DNA from: Acidimicrobiia bacterium
GTDB taxonomy: Bacteria; Actinomycetota; Acidimicrobiia; Spongiisociales; UBA11373
Direction: 5' to 3'
Assembly: GCA_040902765.1 (NCBI GenBank)
Contig: JBBDWO010000025.1
Coordinates: 14,132-78,131 of the forward strand
Length of the DNA: 64,000 bases
Below the pieces are notes generated by a model that saw only the letters and a list, made by a program, of their open reading frames with translations, made no database searches and was not told where the DNA came from. Made by a program: the position numbers and the translations under genes. Shown piece after piece: positions 31,322 to 41,348 of the stretch (the first letter of the stretch is position 1; each line of letters starts with the position of its first letter).

Positions 31322-33178
31322 ATGGTCGAGCGGCCCTCTCCCAACGAGATCCCCAACGCCCCAGGGGCGTACCTCTTCCGCGACGACCACGGCGCGGTGG
31401 TGTACGCCGGAAAGGCGAAGTCGCTGCGCAAGCGCGTCACCAGCTACTTCGTCGGTGATCACGAGGTGCGGACCCGCGCCATGCTCGAAGCGGCGGCGTC
31501 GGTGGAGTGGATCTCCACCGCCACCGAGGTCGAAGCGATCATGCTCGAGTACACGCTGATCCACCAGCACGCGCCCCGGTTCAACATCCGGCTCCGCGAC
31601 GACAAGTCGTATCCCTTCCTGGTCCTCACCGACACCGACGAGTGGCCCCGCGCCGCAGTGGTGCGCGGGCGTCACCGCAAGGGCAATCGTTACTTCGGGC
31701 CATACGCTCACGCCTACGCCATCCGACAGACGCTCGACCTGGTGCTGCGAACCTTTCCGGTGCGGACCTGCTCCGACACCAAGTTCCGTCGCCACGAGGC
31801 GCGGGGCCGCCCCTGTCTGCTCTTCGACATCGAGCGCTGCTCGGGCCCCTGCGTCGGTGCGGTCGACCGTGCCGACTATGACGGTTACGTGGAGGGCCTG
31901 GCCCGTTTCCTCGATGGGGACAGCGACGCCATGGTGGCCACCCTCCAGGCCGAGATGCAGGCGGCCTCGGAGGCGCTCGAGTTCGAGCGGGCGGCACGCG
32001 TTCGCGACCGCATCGCCGCGGTGGAACGGGCCCTCGCCACCCAGGAGGTCGTGTCGTCGAACCGCGAGGACTTCGACCTCTTCGCCATCGCCGAGGACGA
32101 CCTGGAAGCGGCGCTGGTGGTGCTCACGATTCGCCATGGGCGAGTGGTGGGGCGCCGGGCATCCATCATCGACAAGGTCGAGGATCTGGCCACCGCCGAT
32201 CTGATCGGTCGGATGATCGAGGATGCCTACGGGGACGGCCAGCCCCCGAAGCAGGTGCTGGTGGCGGAGCTCCCCGACGACGCAAGTATCTGGGAGGCGT
32301 GGCTGGCACATCGACGGGGGAGTGCCGTGTCGTTGCGCGTCCCGCGGCGGGGAGCGAAGCGTCGGCTGATGGAGACGGCCCGCCGCAATGCCGAGGAGGA
32401 GTTCCAGCGCCACCGGCTCAAGCGAGCCTCCGACCACAACGCTCGTGCTGCTGCACTGCGGAACCTGCAGGAGCGGCTCGACCTGCCAGACCCGCCGCTG
32501 CGCATCGAGGCGTACGACATCTCCACCATCCAGGGCACCGACACGGTGGGGTCGATGGTGGTGATGGAGGACGGACTGCCCAAGCGGCGGGACTACCGCC
32601 GCTTCAAGGTGCGCAGCGTCTCCGGCCAGGACGACTTTGCGGCGATGGAGGAGGTACTCACCCGGCGACTGACCGCTCACCTCTCCGAGCGCCGACAGCC
32701 GGTCGAGGAACGCGGTTCGTTCGCCTATCCGCCGTCGCTCCTGCTCGTGGACGGAGGAGCCGGGCAGCTGGGCCGAGCCGTCTCCGTACTCGCCACCCTC
32801 GGCCTCGACATTCCGGTGGTCGGCCTGGCCAAGCGACTCGAGGAGGTCTACGTGCCGGGCCGCCCCGAGCCGCTCCGGATTCCTCGCGGGGAGCCCGCGC
32901 TCCACCTTCTCCAGCAGATTCGCGACGAGGCCCACCGCTTCGCCATCGGCTACCACCGGACGCTGCGCAGCCGCCGTATGGTGGGGTCGGTCCTCGACGA
33001 CGTTCCCGGAATCGGTCCCGAGAGGAGGAAGGCCCTCATGCGACGCTTCGGGTCGATCAAGCGCATGCGAGAGGCCACCGTGGACGAACTCGCCTCTGTG
33101 GTACCGGCACGGGTCGCCACCGACCTCCACTCCGTCCTCGTGGGGGACCGACCCTCCGGAACGCGGGAGACGACATGA
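31322..33178 (+). CDS. uvrC: excinuclease ABC subunit C
   Basis: N-terminal GIY-YIG domain (GAYLFRDDHGAVVYAGKAKSLRKRV), a UvrBC-interaction domain, and a C-terminal RNaseH-like/HhH region. Confidence 0.95.
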   Translation: MVERPSPNEIPNAPGAYLFRDDHGAVVYAGKAKSLRKRVTSYFVGDHEVRTRAMLEAAASVEWISTATEVEAIMLEYTLIHQHAPRFNIRLRDDKSYPFLVLTDTDEWPRAAVVRGRHRKGNRYFGPYAHAYAIRQTLDLVLRTFPVRTCSDTKFRRHEARGRPCLLFDIERCSGPCVGAVDRADYDGYVEGLARFLDGDSDAMVATLQAEMQAASEALEFERAARVRDRIAAVERALATQEVVSSNREDFDLFAIAEDDLEAALVVLTIRHGRVVGRRASIIDKVEDLATADLIGRMIEDAYGDGQPPKQVLVAELPDDASIWEAWLAHRRGSAVSLRVPRRGAKRRLMETARRNAEEEFQRHRLKRASDHNARAAALRNLQERLDLPDPPLRIEAYDISTIQGTDTVGSMVVMEDGLPKRRDYRRFKVRSVSGQDDFAAMEEVLTRRLTAHLSERRQPVEERGSFAYPPSLLLVDGGAGQLGRAVSVLATLGLDIPVVGLAKRLEEVYVPGRPEPLRIPRGEPALHLLQQIRDEAHRFAIGYHRTLRSRRMVGSVLDDVPGIGPERRKALMRRFGSIKRMREATVDELASVVPARVATDLHSVLVGDRPSGTRETT

Positions 33179-34035
33179 CGGCGAAGCTGGTCGTCATCAC
33201 CGGCATGTCCGGTGCGGGCCGCTCTCTCGCCGCCAAGGCGCTCGAGGACCTGGGACTGTTCGTGGTCGACAATGTCCCCGCCGAGATGGTCGGGAGTGTC
33301 GTGGAACGCGCCATGCGACCGGACCGGGGCCGCGACCGGGTTGCGGCGGTGGTGGATGCCCGTAGCGGGCTCGACTTCGCTGCGTTGTCCGACGAGCTCG
33401 AGGCGATCCGGTCCGGGGGGATCGAGACCCAGGTGTTGTTCCTGGACGCCGACGACGCTGTGCTGGTTCGACGCTTCGAGGAGACCCGCCGCCCCCATCC
33501 GGTCGAGGGGAGCACGCTGGAGGAGTCGATCGTTCGCGAACGCGATGCCCTGACGCCGATGCGGGCACAGGCCGACCTGGTGATCGACACCTCGGCGCGC
33601 ACGGTCCACGACCTGCGCGCCCACGTTCAGACGATGCTCGCCGATCTCGGCGGCGACAGCACGCTGCGCATCGAAGTCCAGTCCTTCGGCTTCAAGCACG
33701 GGGTTCCCCGGGTTCTCGACCTGCTGTTCGACGTTCGATTCCTCCCCAATCCGCACTGGGAGGACGATCTTCGGCCCCTCACCGGACTCGACGAGCCGGT
33801 GGTCCGTCACGTCCTCGACACTCCCGACGCCACCGCCTTCCTGGAGCGAGTCGAGGATCTCCTCGCCTTCCTCCTGCCCCGGTACGGCGGGGAGGGAAAG
33901 GCCTATCTCACGATCGGTTTGGGGTGCACCGGGGGCCGCCACCGGTCGGTGGCCCTGGCGGAGGCGTTGGCCCGGTGGTTGGAGGGCCGGGATGGCGTGA
34001 CGGTGACGGTGACCCACCGGGATCTCGATCGATGA
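33175..34035 (+). CDS. rapZ: RNase adapter protein RapZ (YvcJ family P-loop NTPase)
   Basis: Walker A GMSGAGRS. The start overlaps the uvrC stop (ATGA), and the uvrC-rapZ-yvcK synteny is conserved. Confidence 0.9.
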   Translation: MTAKLVVITGMSGAGRSLAAKALEDLGLFVVDNVPAEMVGSVVERAMRPDRGRDRVAAVVDARSGLDFAALSDELEAIRSGGIETQVLFLDADDAVLVRRFEETRRPHPVEGSTLEESIVRERDALTPMRAQADLVIDTSARTVHDLRAHVQTMLADLGGDSTLRIEVQSFGFKHGVPRVLDLLFDVRFLPNPHWEDDLRPLTGLDEPVVRHVLDTPDATAFLERVEDLLAFLLPRYGGEGKAYLTIGLGCTGGRHRSVALAEALARWLEGRDGVTVTVTHRDLDR

Positions 34036-34988
34036 CGGCACCTCGCCCCGAGCTGGAACTGCTCGCCGAGATCGACCTGATCGCCTCCGATGGTCCGGTG
34101 GTGGTGGCCATCGGTGGTGGGCACGGACTGGCGAGGGCGTTGGAGGCGGTGACCGCCTACGCCGGCGCGGTCACCGCCATCGTCACCGTCGCCGACGACG
34201 GTGGGTCCTCGGGGCGCCTCACGCCGGCACTCGAGGTGCCCCCACCGGGCGACGTCCGGCGTGCGCTGCTGGCCCTGACCGATGCCGACTCGCCGTGGCG
34301 CGACCTGGTGGCCTACCGCTTCGCCGATGGGGACGTCGCCGGCCACTCGCTGGGCAACCTGATCCTCGCCGCGCTGACTGATCTGTTGGGTGACTTCGAG
34401 TCTGCGGTCGATGCCGTGGGGGCGATGCTCGGCGCCCGGGGGATCGTGGTTCCGTCGGCGTCGGTGCCGCTGACCCTCTGCGCCGACGTGGATGGCACCG
34501 AGGTCCGGGGTCAGGTGGCGATCGCCCGCTCCCGGGGGCATGTCGAGCGCCTCTGGGTCGACCCGCCCGCAGCCGCCACACCCGCCGCGCTCCGGGCGAT
34601 CTCCGCCGCCGACCAGATCGTCCTGGCACCGGGGAGTCTCTACACGTCGCTGCTCGCCGTGCTCGTCGTCGACGGCGTGGTCGAGGCGATCAACGCGTCG
34701 TCGGGAGCGCTCGTCCAGGTGGCGAACCTCACCACCCAGGACGGAGAGACACTGGGCCTCACCGGCTCCGACCACGTGGACGAGTTGACGCGGGTATCCG
34801 GCGTGCGGCCACCCGATCGGGTCATCGTTCACGACGGTCCGCTCGAGGTGCCCGAGGGCCTGGTGGCCCCGACCCTCGACGACGGCCCGGCGGTGGTGAG
34901 AGCCGACGTCGCCGATGCCGCCGCTGGCCATCCTCAACACAATCCGGCGCGCCTCGCTGCGGTGTTGCGGCGGCTCGTCGGGGGCTGA
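34032..34988 (+). CDS. gluconeogenesis factor / UPF0052 (YvcK, CofD-like) family protein
   Basis: VVAIGGGHGL N-terminal motif of the CofD/YvcK family. The start overlaps the rapZ stop (ATGA). Confidence 0.85.
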   Translation: MTAPRPELELLAEIDLIASDGPVVVAIGGGHGLARALEAVTAYAGAVTAIVTVADDGGSSGRLTPALEVPPPGDVRRALLALTDADSPWRDLVAYRFADGDVAGHSLGNLILAALTDLLGDFESAVDAVGAMLGARGIVVPSASVPLTLCADVDGTEVRGQVAIARSRGHVERLWVDPPAAATPAALRAISAADQIVLAPGSLYTSLLAVLVVDGVVEAINASSGALVQVANLTTQDGETLGLTGSDHVDELTRVSGVRPPDRVIVHDGPLEVPEGLVAPTLDDGPAVVRADVADAAAGHPQHNPARLAAVLRRLVGG

Positions 34989-35098
34989 TCGACGGGCAGT
35001 ACGATTGGCTCCCCGCCGAGCGAAGGACACATGCCCCGCGATCGTCGATCGACGTCGACCCCGCCACCCCCGGAGCAGGTTCCAGCGCGGATGGTTCT

Positions 35099-36295
35099 GT
35101 GAGTCCGGTGAGTCTCCCCACCATCGACCAGCTCGACGTGGCGGGCAGGGTGGTTCTCGTCCGGGCGGATCTCAACGTACCCCTCGAGGACGGCCAGATC
35201 GCCGACGACTTTCGGATCGTGGCAGCCCTCCCGACGATCCACGAGCTGAGGCGGCGTGGAGCGCGCGTTGTGGTGGCCAGCCATCTCGGGCGGCCCTCCG
35301 GCGCTGACCCCTCCCTGTCGATGGCCCCAGTGGCCGAAACCCTGGCGACCCTGGGAGGCTTCCCGGTGGCTCTGGCCGACGACGTCGTCGGCGACTCGGC
35401 GCTCAAACACTCTCGGGCTGAAGGCCGGATCGGCGACCCGGCCGATCCCGTGGTAGTGCTGGAGAACACCCGCTTCGAGCCGGGTGAGACCAAGAACGAC
35501 TCCGCCCTGGCCGACAGACTCGCCGCCCTCGCCGACTGCTTCGTCATGGATGCTTTCGGGTCAGCCCACCGCGCCCATGCCTCGACGGTCGGGGTGGCCG
35601 AACGCCTTCCGTCGGCTGCAGGTCCGCTGATGCTCGCCGAGGTCGAGGCGTTCGATCGCCTGCTTCACGATCCGGCACGGCCCTTCGTGGTCGTCCTCGG
35701 TGGGGCCAAGGTGTCGTCGAAGATCGGGGTCATCGAGCGGCTGGTGGAGCGGGTGGACCGCCTCCTGGTCGGCGGGGCGATGTGTTTCACCCTGCTGGCT
35801 GCCCGGGGGGAGCCCACCGGGGCGGGGATGATCGAGGATGGCATGGTCGATCGAGTACGAGGCCTGATGGATGCCCACGGCGATCGCATAGTGCTTCCGA
35901 CGGATCTGGTGGTGGGGGAGTCGTTCGAGGCAGACACACCACACCGGGTGGCTCGGGTGACCGAATTGGAGCCATCGGATCTCGGGCTCGACATCGGGCC
36001 AGAGACGACGGCCGAGTTCGCCGCTGCCATCGGTGGTGCAGCCACCCTGTTCTGGAACGGCCCGCTCGGGGTCGCCGAGTGGGGGCCGTTCGCCGGGGGG
36101 AGCCGCGGCGTGGCCGACGCCATCGCGGCGGGCGAGGCGTACTCGGTGGTCGGCGGAGGCGATACGGTTGCGTTCCTGCGGTCGATGGGGATGGAGCACA
36201 CGGTGCGCCATCTGTCGACCGGAGGGGGAGCCGGACTCGAGCTCATCGATCACGGGTCGCTCCCGGGAATCGACGTGCTGCGAGGCAAGCAATGA
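35099..36295 (+). CDS. pgk: phosphoglycerate kinase
   Basis: PGK signature RADLNVPL and a C-terminal GGGA/GGGD motif (SVVGGGDTVA). Confidence 0.95.
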   Translation: MSPVSLPTIDQLDVAGRVVLVRADLNVPLEDGQIADDFRIVAALPTIHELRRRGARVVVASHLGRPSGADPSLSMAPVAETLATLGGFPVALADDVVGDSALKHSRAEGRIGDPADPVVVLENTRFEPGETKNDSALADRLAALADCFVMDAFGSAHRAHASTVGVAERLPSAAGPLMLAEVEAFDRLLHDPARPFVVVLGGAKVSSKIGVIERLVERVDRLLVGGAMCFTLLAARGEPTGAGMIEDGMVDRVRGLMDAHGDRIVLPTDLVVGESFEADTPHRVARVTELEPSDLGLDIGPETTAEFAAAIGGAATLFWNGPLGVAEWGPFAGGSRGVADAIAAGEAYSVVGGGDTVAFLRSMGMEHTVRHLSTGGGAGLELIDHGSLPGIDVLRGKQ

Positions 36296-37062
36296 CGCGA
36301 AGAGATCTCATCGTCGGCAATTGGAAGATGCACGCCACCCACCTGGATGCAATCCAGATGGTGCAGAAGCTCTCCTACCGGCTCGACCCTGGCGACTACG
36401 ACCGGGTCGACGTCGTCGTCTGCCCCCCGTTCACCGCGCTGCGCTCGGTCCAGACCGTCATCGAGTCGGACCATCTCCGCATCGGTCTCGGTGCCCAGGA
36501 CGTCGACTGGCGATCTGAGGGAGCGTTCACCGGCCAGATCGCGCCCAAGATGCTGTCGGCCCTCGGTGTGCGCATGGTGATCGTCGGGCACTCGGAACGC
36601 CGTGCTCTCTTCGACGAGGACGACGCCACTGTTGCTCGCAAGGCGCGGGCTGTCCTCGACGCCGGGATGACACCGATCGTGGCCGTTGGCGAGACCGAGG
36701 TCGAACGCGACGCCGGCAGCACCGACGCCGTGATCGCCGCCCAGCTGACGACGGCGCTCAAGGGCCTCGACGCCGAGGCGGTCGCCAGGATCGCGGTCGC
36801 CTATGAGCCCGTGTGGGCGATCGGAACCGGCAGGACCGCCGATGCGGACACCGCCGCCGACGCCATCGGCCACCTCCGTGCCACGATCGAGAGCAGCCAC
36901 GGGCACGACGCATCGCGCAGCGTCCGGATGCTCTATGGCGGGTCGGTCAATCCGGGCAATATCGCCGCCTTCATGGCCAAGCAGGACATCGACGGCGCAC
37001 TCGTCGGCGGAGCCTCGCTCGACTCCGACCAGTTCGCCGCAATAGTGCGGTACTGGGTCTAA
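36292..37062 (+). CDS. tpiA: triosephosphate isomerase
   Basis: VGNWKMH, VIVGHSERR, AYEPVWAIGTG and YGGSV motifs. The start overlaps the pgk stop (ATGA). Confidence 0.95.
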   Translation: MTRRDLIVGNWKMHATHLDAIQMVQKLSYRLDPGDYDRVDVVVCPPFTALRSVQTVIESDHLRIGLGAQDVDWRSEGAFTGQIAPKMLSALGVRMVIVGHSERRALFDEDDATVARKARAVLDAGMTPIVAVGETEVERDAGSTDAVIAAQLTTALKGLDAEAVARIAVAYEPVWAIGTGRTADADTAADAIGHLRATIESSHGHDASRSVRMLYGGSVNPGNIAAFMAKQDIDGALVGGASLDSDQFAAIVRYWV

Positions 37063-37171
37063 AGGAGATTGAATCCGTGATGCTCACCTGGGTGACGGCA
37101 GATGGCAGAGGGCGGACGGCAGTGGTTCTCGGCCTTCTGCTGTCTGCTGTCTGCCATCTGGAGGCCATCTG

Positions 37172-37921
37172 ATGGCGTCCTGTCTCGTCCTGCTGCGTCA
37201 CGGCGAGAGCGAGTGGAACCTCGCCAATCGGTTCACCGGCTGGACTGATGTCGGCCTGACCGAGCGGGGCGTCGCCGAGGCCATCTCTGCCGGGGAGTCC
37301 CTGCTGTCCGAGGGCTTTGAACCGGCGATCGCCCACATGTCGGTCCTCACCCGGGCCATCGCCACCGCCCACCACACCCTCGAGACCATGGACCGGCTCT
37401 GGATTCCCGAGGTCAAGGACTGGCGGCTCAACGAACGCCACTACGGCGATCTCCAGGGGCTCGACAAGGCCGAGACCGCGGCCCGGTACGGGGACGACCA
37501 GGTGCTCGAGTGGCGGCGATCGTTCCGCACGGCCCCGCCGCCACTCGCCGTAGACGACCCGCGACACCCCAGCCACGATCCGAGGTATGCCGACCTGCCG
37601 TCCGAGGAGGTGCCCGCCTCCGAGAGCCTCGCCGACGTGATCGAGCGATTCATGCCCTACTGGCACGATCGCATCGTCCCGGACCTGGTTGCGCTCGAGC
37701 AGGTGCTCGTCGTCGCACACGGGAATTCCCTGCGGGGGCTGGTCAAACACCTCGACGGGATCTCCGACGAGGACATCCCTGCCCTCAACATCCCGACCGG
37801 CATCCCGCTGGTGTACGAGTTCGACGACGACCTCGAAGTCACCCGGCGTGAGTACCTGGCGGAGGCCGAGGTGGTCGAAGCTGCCGCTCGCGCGGTCGCC
37901 GAGCAGCATAAAGCGCGCTGA
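37172..37921 (+). CDS. gpmA: 2,3-bisphosphoglycerate-dependent phosphoglycerate mutase
   Basis: [12 protein letters not shown] catalytic His motif, RHYG, and C-terminal [12 protein letters not shown]. Confidence 0.95.
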   Translation: MASCLVLLRHGESEWNLANRFTGWTDVGLTERGVAEAISAGESLLSEGFEPAIAHMSVLTRAIATAHHTLETMDRLWIPEVKDWRLNERHYGDLQGLDKAETAARYGDDQVLEWRRSFRTAPPPLAVDDPRHPSHDPRYADLPSEEVPASESLADVIERFMPYWHDRIVPDLVALEQVLVVAHGNSLRGLVKHLDGISDEDIPALNIPTGIPLVYEFDDDLEVTRREYLAEAEVVEAAARAVAEQHKAR

Positions 37922-38032
37922 AATCATCAGGAAGATAGTTCTGAGCGCGACTTGCGGTTGGTAGTGGCCTCATTCATACTTGATTTGTCCGACCCGCGTC
38001 CAAGTGGGTCGGCGTCATGGAAGGGTCACGTC

Positions 38033-38269
38033 TTGATCGCAGCAGTCGCCATCGCGACACACCTGATCCTGTCCCTCGCACTCATCGGCCTGATCCTGCT
38101 TCATGCGGGACGCGGCGGTGGCCTGTCCGACGCCTTTGGCGGCGGCATGGGCCCGGCGGGCGGCCTCTCGGGGTCGACCCTGGTGGAGCGAAACCTGGAC
38201 AGGCTCACGGTGGTGGTGGCGCTCTTGTTCGCGACGACGACGTTCGCGCTCGCGTGGGTGTTGGCTTGA
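38033..38269 (+). CDS. secG: preprotein translocase subunit SecG
   Basis: LILSLALIGLILLHAGRGGGLSDAFGGG matches the SecG signature. A TTG start at 38033 is probable. The upstream ORF extension to 37952 is unlikely. Confidence 0.75.
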   Translation: MIAAVAIATHLILSLALIGLILLHAGRGGGLSDAFGGGMGPAGGLSGSTLVERNLDRLTVVVALLFATTTFALAWVLA

Positions 38270-38298
38270 CGCGGCCCTTTCATAATCGACAAGGAGGA

Positions 38299-40134
38299 AT
38301 GCACTTGAAACAACTGTGGCAACGTCGCAATGTGGCGTGGCTCGGTCTTCTCCTCGCGTTCGCCCTCGTAGTCGCAGCATGCGGCGACGACGGCGGCGGG
38401 GCGACGACCACCACGGCAGCGCCGACCACGACAGCTGCTCCGACGACGACGACCGAAGCACCTTTCCAGAAGCCGTATGGCGGAGAGGTTTCCTACGGCC
38501 AGGACCAGGAGCCCCCGACGCTGAATACGTTCGTGCCGGGTGGTAACAACTTCGTGGTCTCGATCATCGGTAACAGCTACTGGACCGGAGTCTCGACGGT
38601 GGACGGATTCACCCTCGAGCTCATCCCGATCGTCGTGACCGAGCTGCCGAACGTCGCCAACGGTGGCGTCACGGTGAACGCGGACGGGACGATGACCGTT
38701 CGGTATCAGATCGTGGAAGAGGCTCAGTGGGCTGATGGCGTCCCCATTTCGGGTGACGACTTCAGGTTCACCTACGACACGATTATGGATCCCGAACTGC
38801 CGATCGACAAGACCATCTACGAGGACATCATTCCTGAGTCCATCGTGGTCGGTCCGAAGACGTTCGAGTACACCATGACCGCACCGACCGTTCAGTTCGA
38901 GTTCCTGTTCGGCGTCCTGCTTCCCAAGCATGACGTCGAAGGCAGCGACTTCGTGAACGACTACAACGACTCCATGTGGGTGTCGGGTGGTCCGTTCATA
39001 TTGGATGAGTGGCAGAAGGGCTCGTTCCTGCGGGTCGTTCGGAACGACAACTACTGGCGGACCGACGCGGAGACCGGTCAGCAGCTGCCCTACCTGGACA
39101 GCGTGCTGTTCCCGTTCACCCCGGCGACCGAGACCCTGATCAACGCGTTCAGGGAGCGTGAGGTTGACATCATCAACCCGCCGCCCGCGATCGCCACGAT
39201 CGAGGACCTGCAGACGCTGGAGGCCGAAGGCGCCCGCATCGAGGTTCTGTCGGGTCCGATCTGGGAGCACTTGAACTTCTCGTTCTCCGAGAAGTCGCTC
39301 ATCCGTAACCCGAACTCGTACAACGCTCATATCGAGTACCGCAAGGCCGTGGCCCACGCGATCGACAAGCAGCTCATCGTCGATGAGATCCTTGCCGGCC
39401 AGGTGGAGCCGATGTCCTCGTACGTCGATGCGTACTCACCGACCCTCTCGCAGGGTTCGTGGGACCAGTACGACTACAACCCGGCTACGGCGATCGGGTA
39501 CATCGAAGAGCTCTGCGCGAAGGAAGGCGTCGACTGTGACGCCATGCCCGTGACCGCAGTGTTCAGCACGACCTCCGGCAACGCCGCTCGTGAGCAGCTC
39601 TCTGAGCTGTTCGCCGAGATGTTCGCTGCCATTGGCGTGGTGTACGAGATCCAGCTCGAGCCGAGCACGCTCTTCTTCGGAGAGACGCTCGACTCAGGTG
39701 GTTGGGACCTGGGCGAGTGGGCGTGGGTCGGTACCCCCGGCTTCGCCGGCTTGATCGGCATCCACGACCTCTTCGATCCTGAGGGTCCGCCCCCGCTCGG
39801 TGGTAACAACTACCGCTGGGGCACCCCCGCCGTCGAGGGTGAAGAGGATGTGTTCAACCAGGGTCCGGGTCTCGTCAACAACGAGGCCACGGCGCGCAGC
39901 GGTGAGCTGCGTGACCTGATGAACGAGACGATCGACACGGACACACTCATTGGGTATCTCAACGAGTTCGAACAGCTCCTGGCCGATAACGTCGTGATCT
40001 ACCCGCTCTACCAGCGCCTCGATCCGGGTGCCGTGTGGGCTGATACGGTTGGTGGCTTCAAGCACAACCCGTCGTCCTCCGCACTGACCTGGAACATGGA
40101 GGGTTGGTACCGCGTGGACCTGATGGAGGGCTAG
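38299..40134 (+). CDS. ABC transporter substrate-binding lipoprotein, family 5 (oligopeptide/dipeptide/nickel type)
   Basis: AAGGAGGA RBS, a signal peptide with lipobox VVAACG, a Thr/Ala-rich linker, and a family-5 solute-binding-protein fold of about 560 aa. The upstream part of ORF 38017..40134 is out of context. Confidence 0.85.
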   Translation: MHLKQLWQRRNVAWLGLLLAFALVVAACGDDGGGATTTTAAPTTTAAPTTTTEAPFQKPYGGEVSYGQDQEPPTLNTFVPGGNNFVVSIIGNSYWTGVSTVDGFTLELIPIVVTELPNVANGGVTVNADGTMTVRYQIVEEAQWADGVPISGDDFRFTYDTIMDPELPIDKTIYEDIIPESIVVGPKTFEYTMTAPTVQFEFLFGVLLPKHDVEGSDFVNDYNDSMWVSGGPFILDEWQKGSFLRVVRNDNYWRTDAETGQQLPYLDSVLFPFTPATETLINAFREREVDIINPPPAIATIEDLQTLEAEGARIEVLSGPIWEHLNFSFSEKSLIRNPNSYNAHIEYRKAVAHAIDKQLIVDEILAGQVEPMSSYVDAYSPTLSQGSWDQYDYNPATAIGYIEELCAKEGVDCDAMPVTAVFSTTSGNAAREQLSELFAEMFAAIGVVYEIQLEPSTLFFGETLDSGGWDLGEWAWVGTPGFAGLIGIHDLFDPEGPPPLGGNNYRWGTPAVEGEEDVFNQGPGLVNNEATARSGELRDLMNETIDTDTLIGYLNEFEQLLADNVVIYPLYQRLDPGAVWADTVGGFKHNPSSSALTWNMEGWYRVDLMEG

Positions 40135-40162
40135 TCGATCTGAGATCGACTGGTTCATGACC

Positions 40163-40192
40163 GGAAGGGGCCCGCTTCGGCGGGCCCCTTCC
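40163..40192 (+). terminator. intrinsic terminator-like GC hairpin after the solute-binding gene
   Basis: Perfect inverted repeat GGAAGGGGCCCGC-ttcg-GCGGGCCCCTTCC. Confidence 0.55.
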
Positions 40193-40346
40193 GCGTCCGC
40201 TGACGGTCCGCTGCGGTGTGGGCTTATGGGTCCGAAACCGGACACATAAGGCTTTACTCCGCGGTTACGACGGCGGAGTAGGGTCACCGGTATAATCCCG
40301 CAACCGTCGCCCACGGTGGCGCATGGACCGATGGAGGTGAGTTCCG

Positions 40347-41348
40347 ATGATGCAATATGTGCTGAGGCGATTGGTCTACGGGATCGTCACGGTCATCGCC
40401 CTGTCCGTGATCACCTTCACCCTGCTGCAGAACACCGGCGGCACGCCGCTGGACCGGTTGAAGGCGAACCCTCGAATAACCCGGTCCACCATCGAGGAGA
40501 TGTCGCGGTTCTACGGCCTGGACCAGCCGGCGACCCAGCAGTACTTCACCTGGGCCAAGAACTTCGTCCAGGTGTGGAACTACCCGTCCGCCTGGGGGCG
40601 CTCCTTTCAGGGGCCCGAGCACGTGCAGCTGCTCGTGTTCAGCCGCCTCGGTGGAACCGTGCGCCTCATGGTGACCGCGCTGTTCCTGGCCCTGATCATC
40701 GGGATCCCGCTCGGGATCTACCAAGCGATACGACAATATTCGTTCTTGGATCAGGCGGCGACGACCTTCTCGTTCGTCGCCTTCTCGACCCCGATTTTCG
40801 TCGTTGGGTTGGGTCTGCAGATCATCTTCGCGGTGTATCTGTCGAGATGGACGGGCGTGAAGCTGTTCTACACGTCTCAGATGAACAGCCCCAACTACGC
40901 CGACTTCAACTTCTGGGCACGGATCGGCGACACCGCGCAGCACCTGTTCCTCCCGGCGATCTCGATCGCCCTGATCTCGGTGGCCGCCTACTCACGGTTC
41001 CAACGGGCGTCGATGCTCGAGGTGCTCCACAGTGACTACCTGCGCACGGCAAAAGCCAAGGGCCTCACCCGGCGCACGGTGATCGTCAAGCACGCGCTGC
41101 GCAATGCCCTGATCCCGGTCGTGACCCTGGTATCCCTCGACATCGCCGGCCTGCTCGGCGGAGCGGTGATCACCGAGACGATCTTCGCCTGGCCGGGGAT
41201 GGGCCGGCTGTACATCCAGGCGGTAGGACAGAACGACTGGCCGATAATCATGGCCGTGGTGATGATCATCGGCTTCATGGTGATCCTCATGAACCTGCTC
41301 GCCGACCTCGCCTACGGATGGCTGGATCCGCGGGTCCGGTATGACTGA
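40347..41348 (+). CDS. ABC transporter permease (DppB/OppB type)
   Basis: 6-TM permease with an EAA-like loop (YLRTAKAKGLTRRTVIVKHALRNALIPVVT). Confidence 0.9.
   Translation: MMQYVLRRLVYGIVTVIALSVITFTLLQNTGGTPLDRLKANPRITRSTIEEMSRFYGLDQPATQQYFTWAKNFVQVWNYPSAWGRSFQGPEHVQLLVFSRLGGTVRLMVTALFLALIIGIPLGIYQAIRQYSFLDQAATTFSFVAFSTPIFVVGLGLQIIFAVYLSRWTGVKLFYTSQMNSPNYADFNFWARIGDTAQHLFLPAISIALISVAAYSRFQRASMLEVLHSDYLRTAKAKGLTRRTVIVKHALRNALIPVVTLVSLDIAGLLGGAVITETIFAWPGMGRLYIQAVGQNDWPIIMAVVMIIGFMVILMNLLADLAYGWLDPRVRYD

Noticed and set aside
31037-33130. 697-aa minus-strand ORF
   Set aside because: It is antisense to uvrC, a high-GC open-frame artefact.
32299-33174. N-terminal 290 aa of the ORF 32299..34035
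   Set aside because: It is out-of-context read-through inside uvrC. RapZ homology begins at the ATG at 33175, which overlaps the uvrC stop.
35782-36291. N-terminal extension of the tpiA ORF (35782..37062)
   Set aside because: It lies inside pgk in another frame. TpiA begins at 36292 (MTRRDLIVGNWKMH).
38017-38298. N-terminal extension of the solute-binding protein ORF (MEGSRLDRSS...)
   Set aside because: It overlaps secG in another frame. The real start is the ATG at 38299, which has an AAGGAGGA RBS and is followed by a signal peptide and lipobox.
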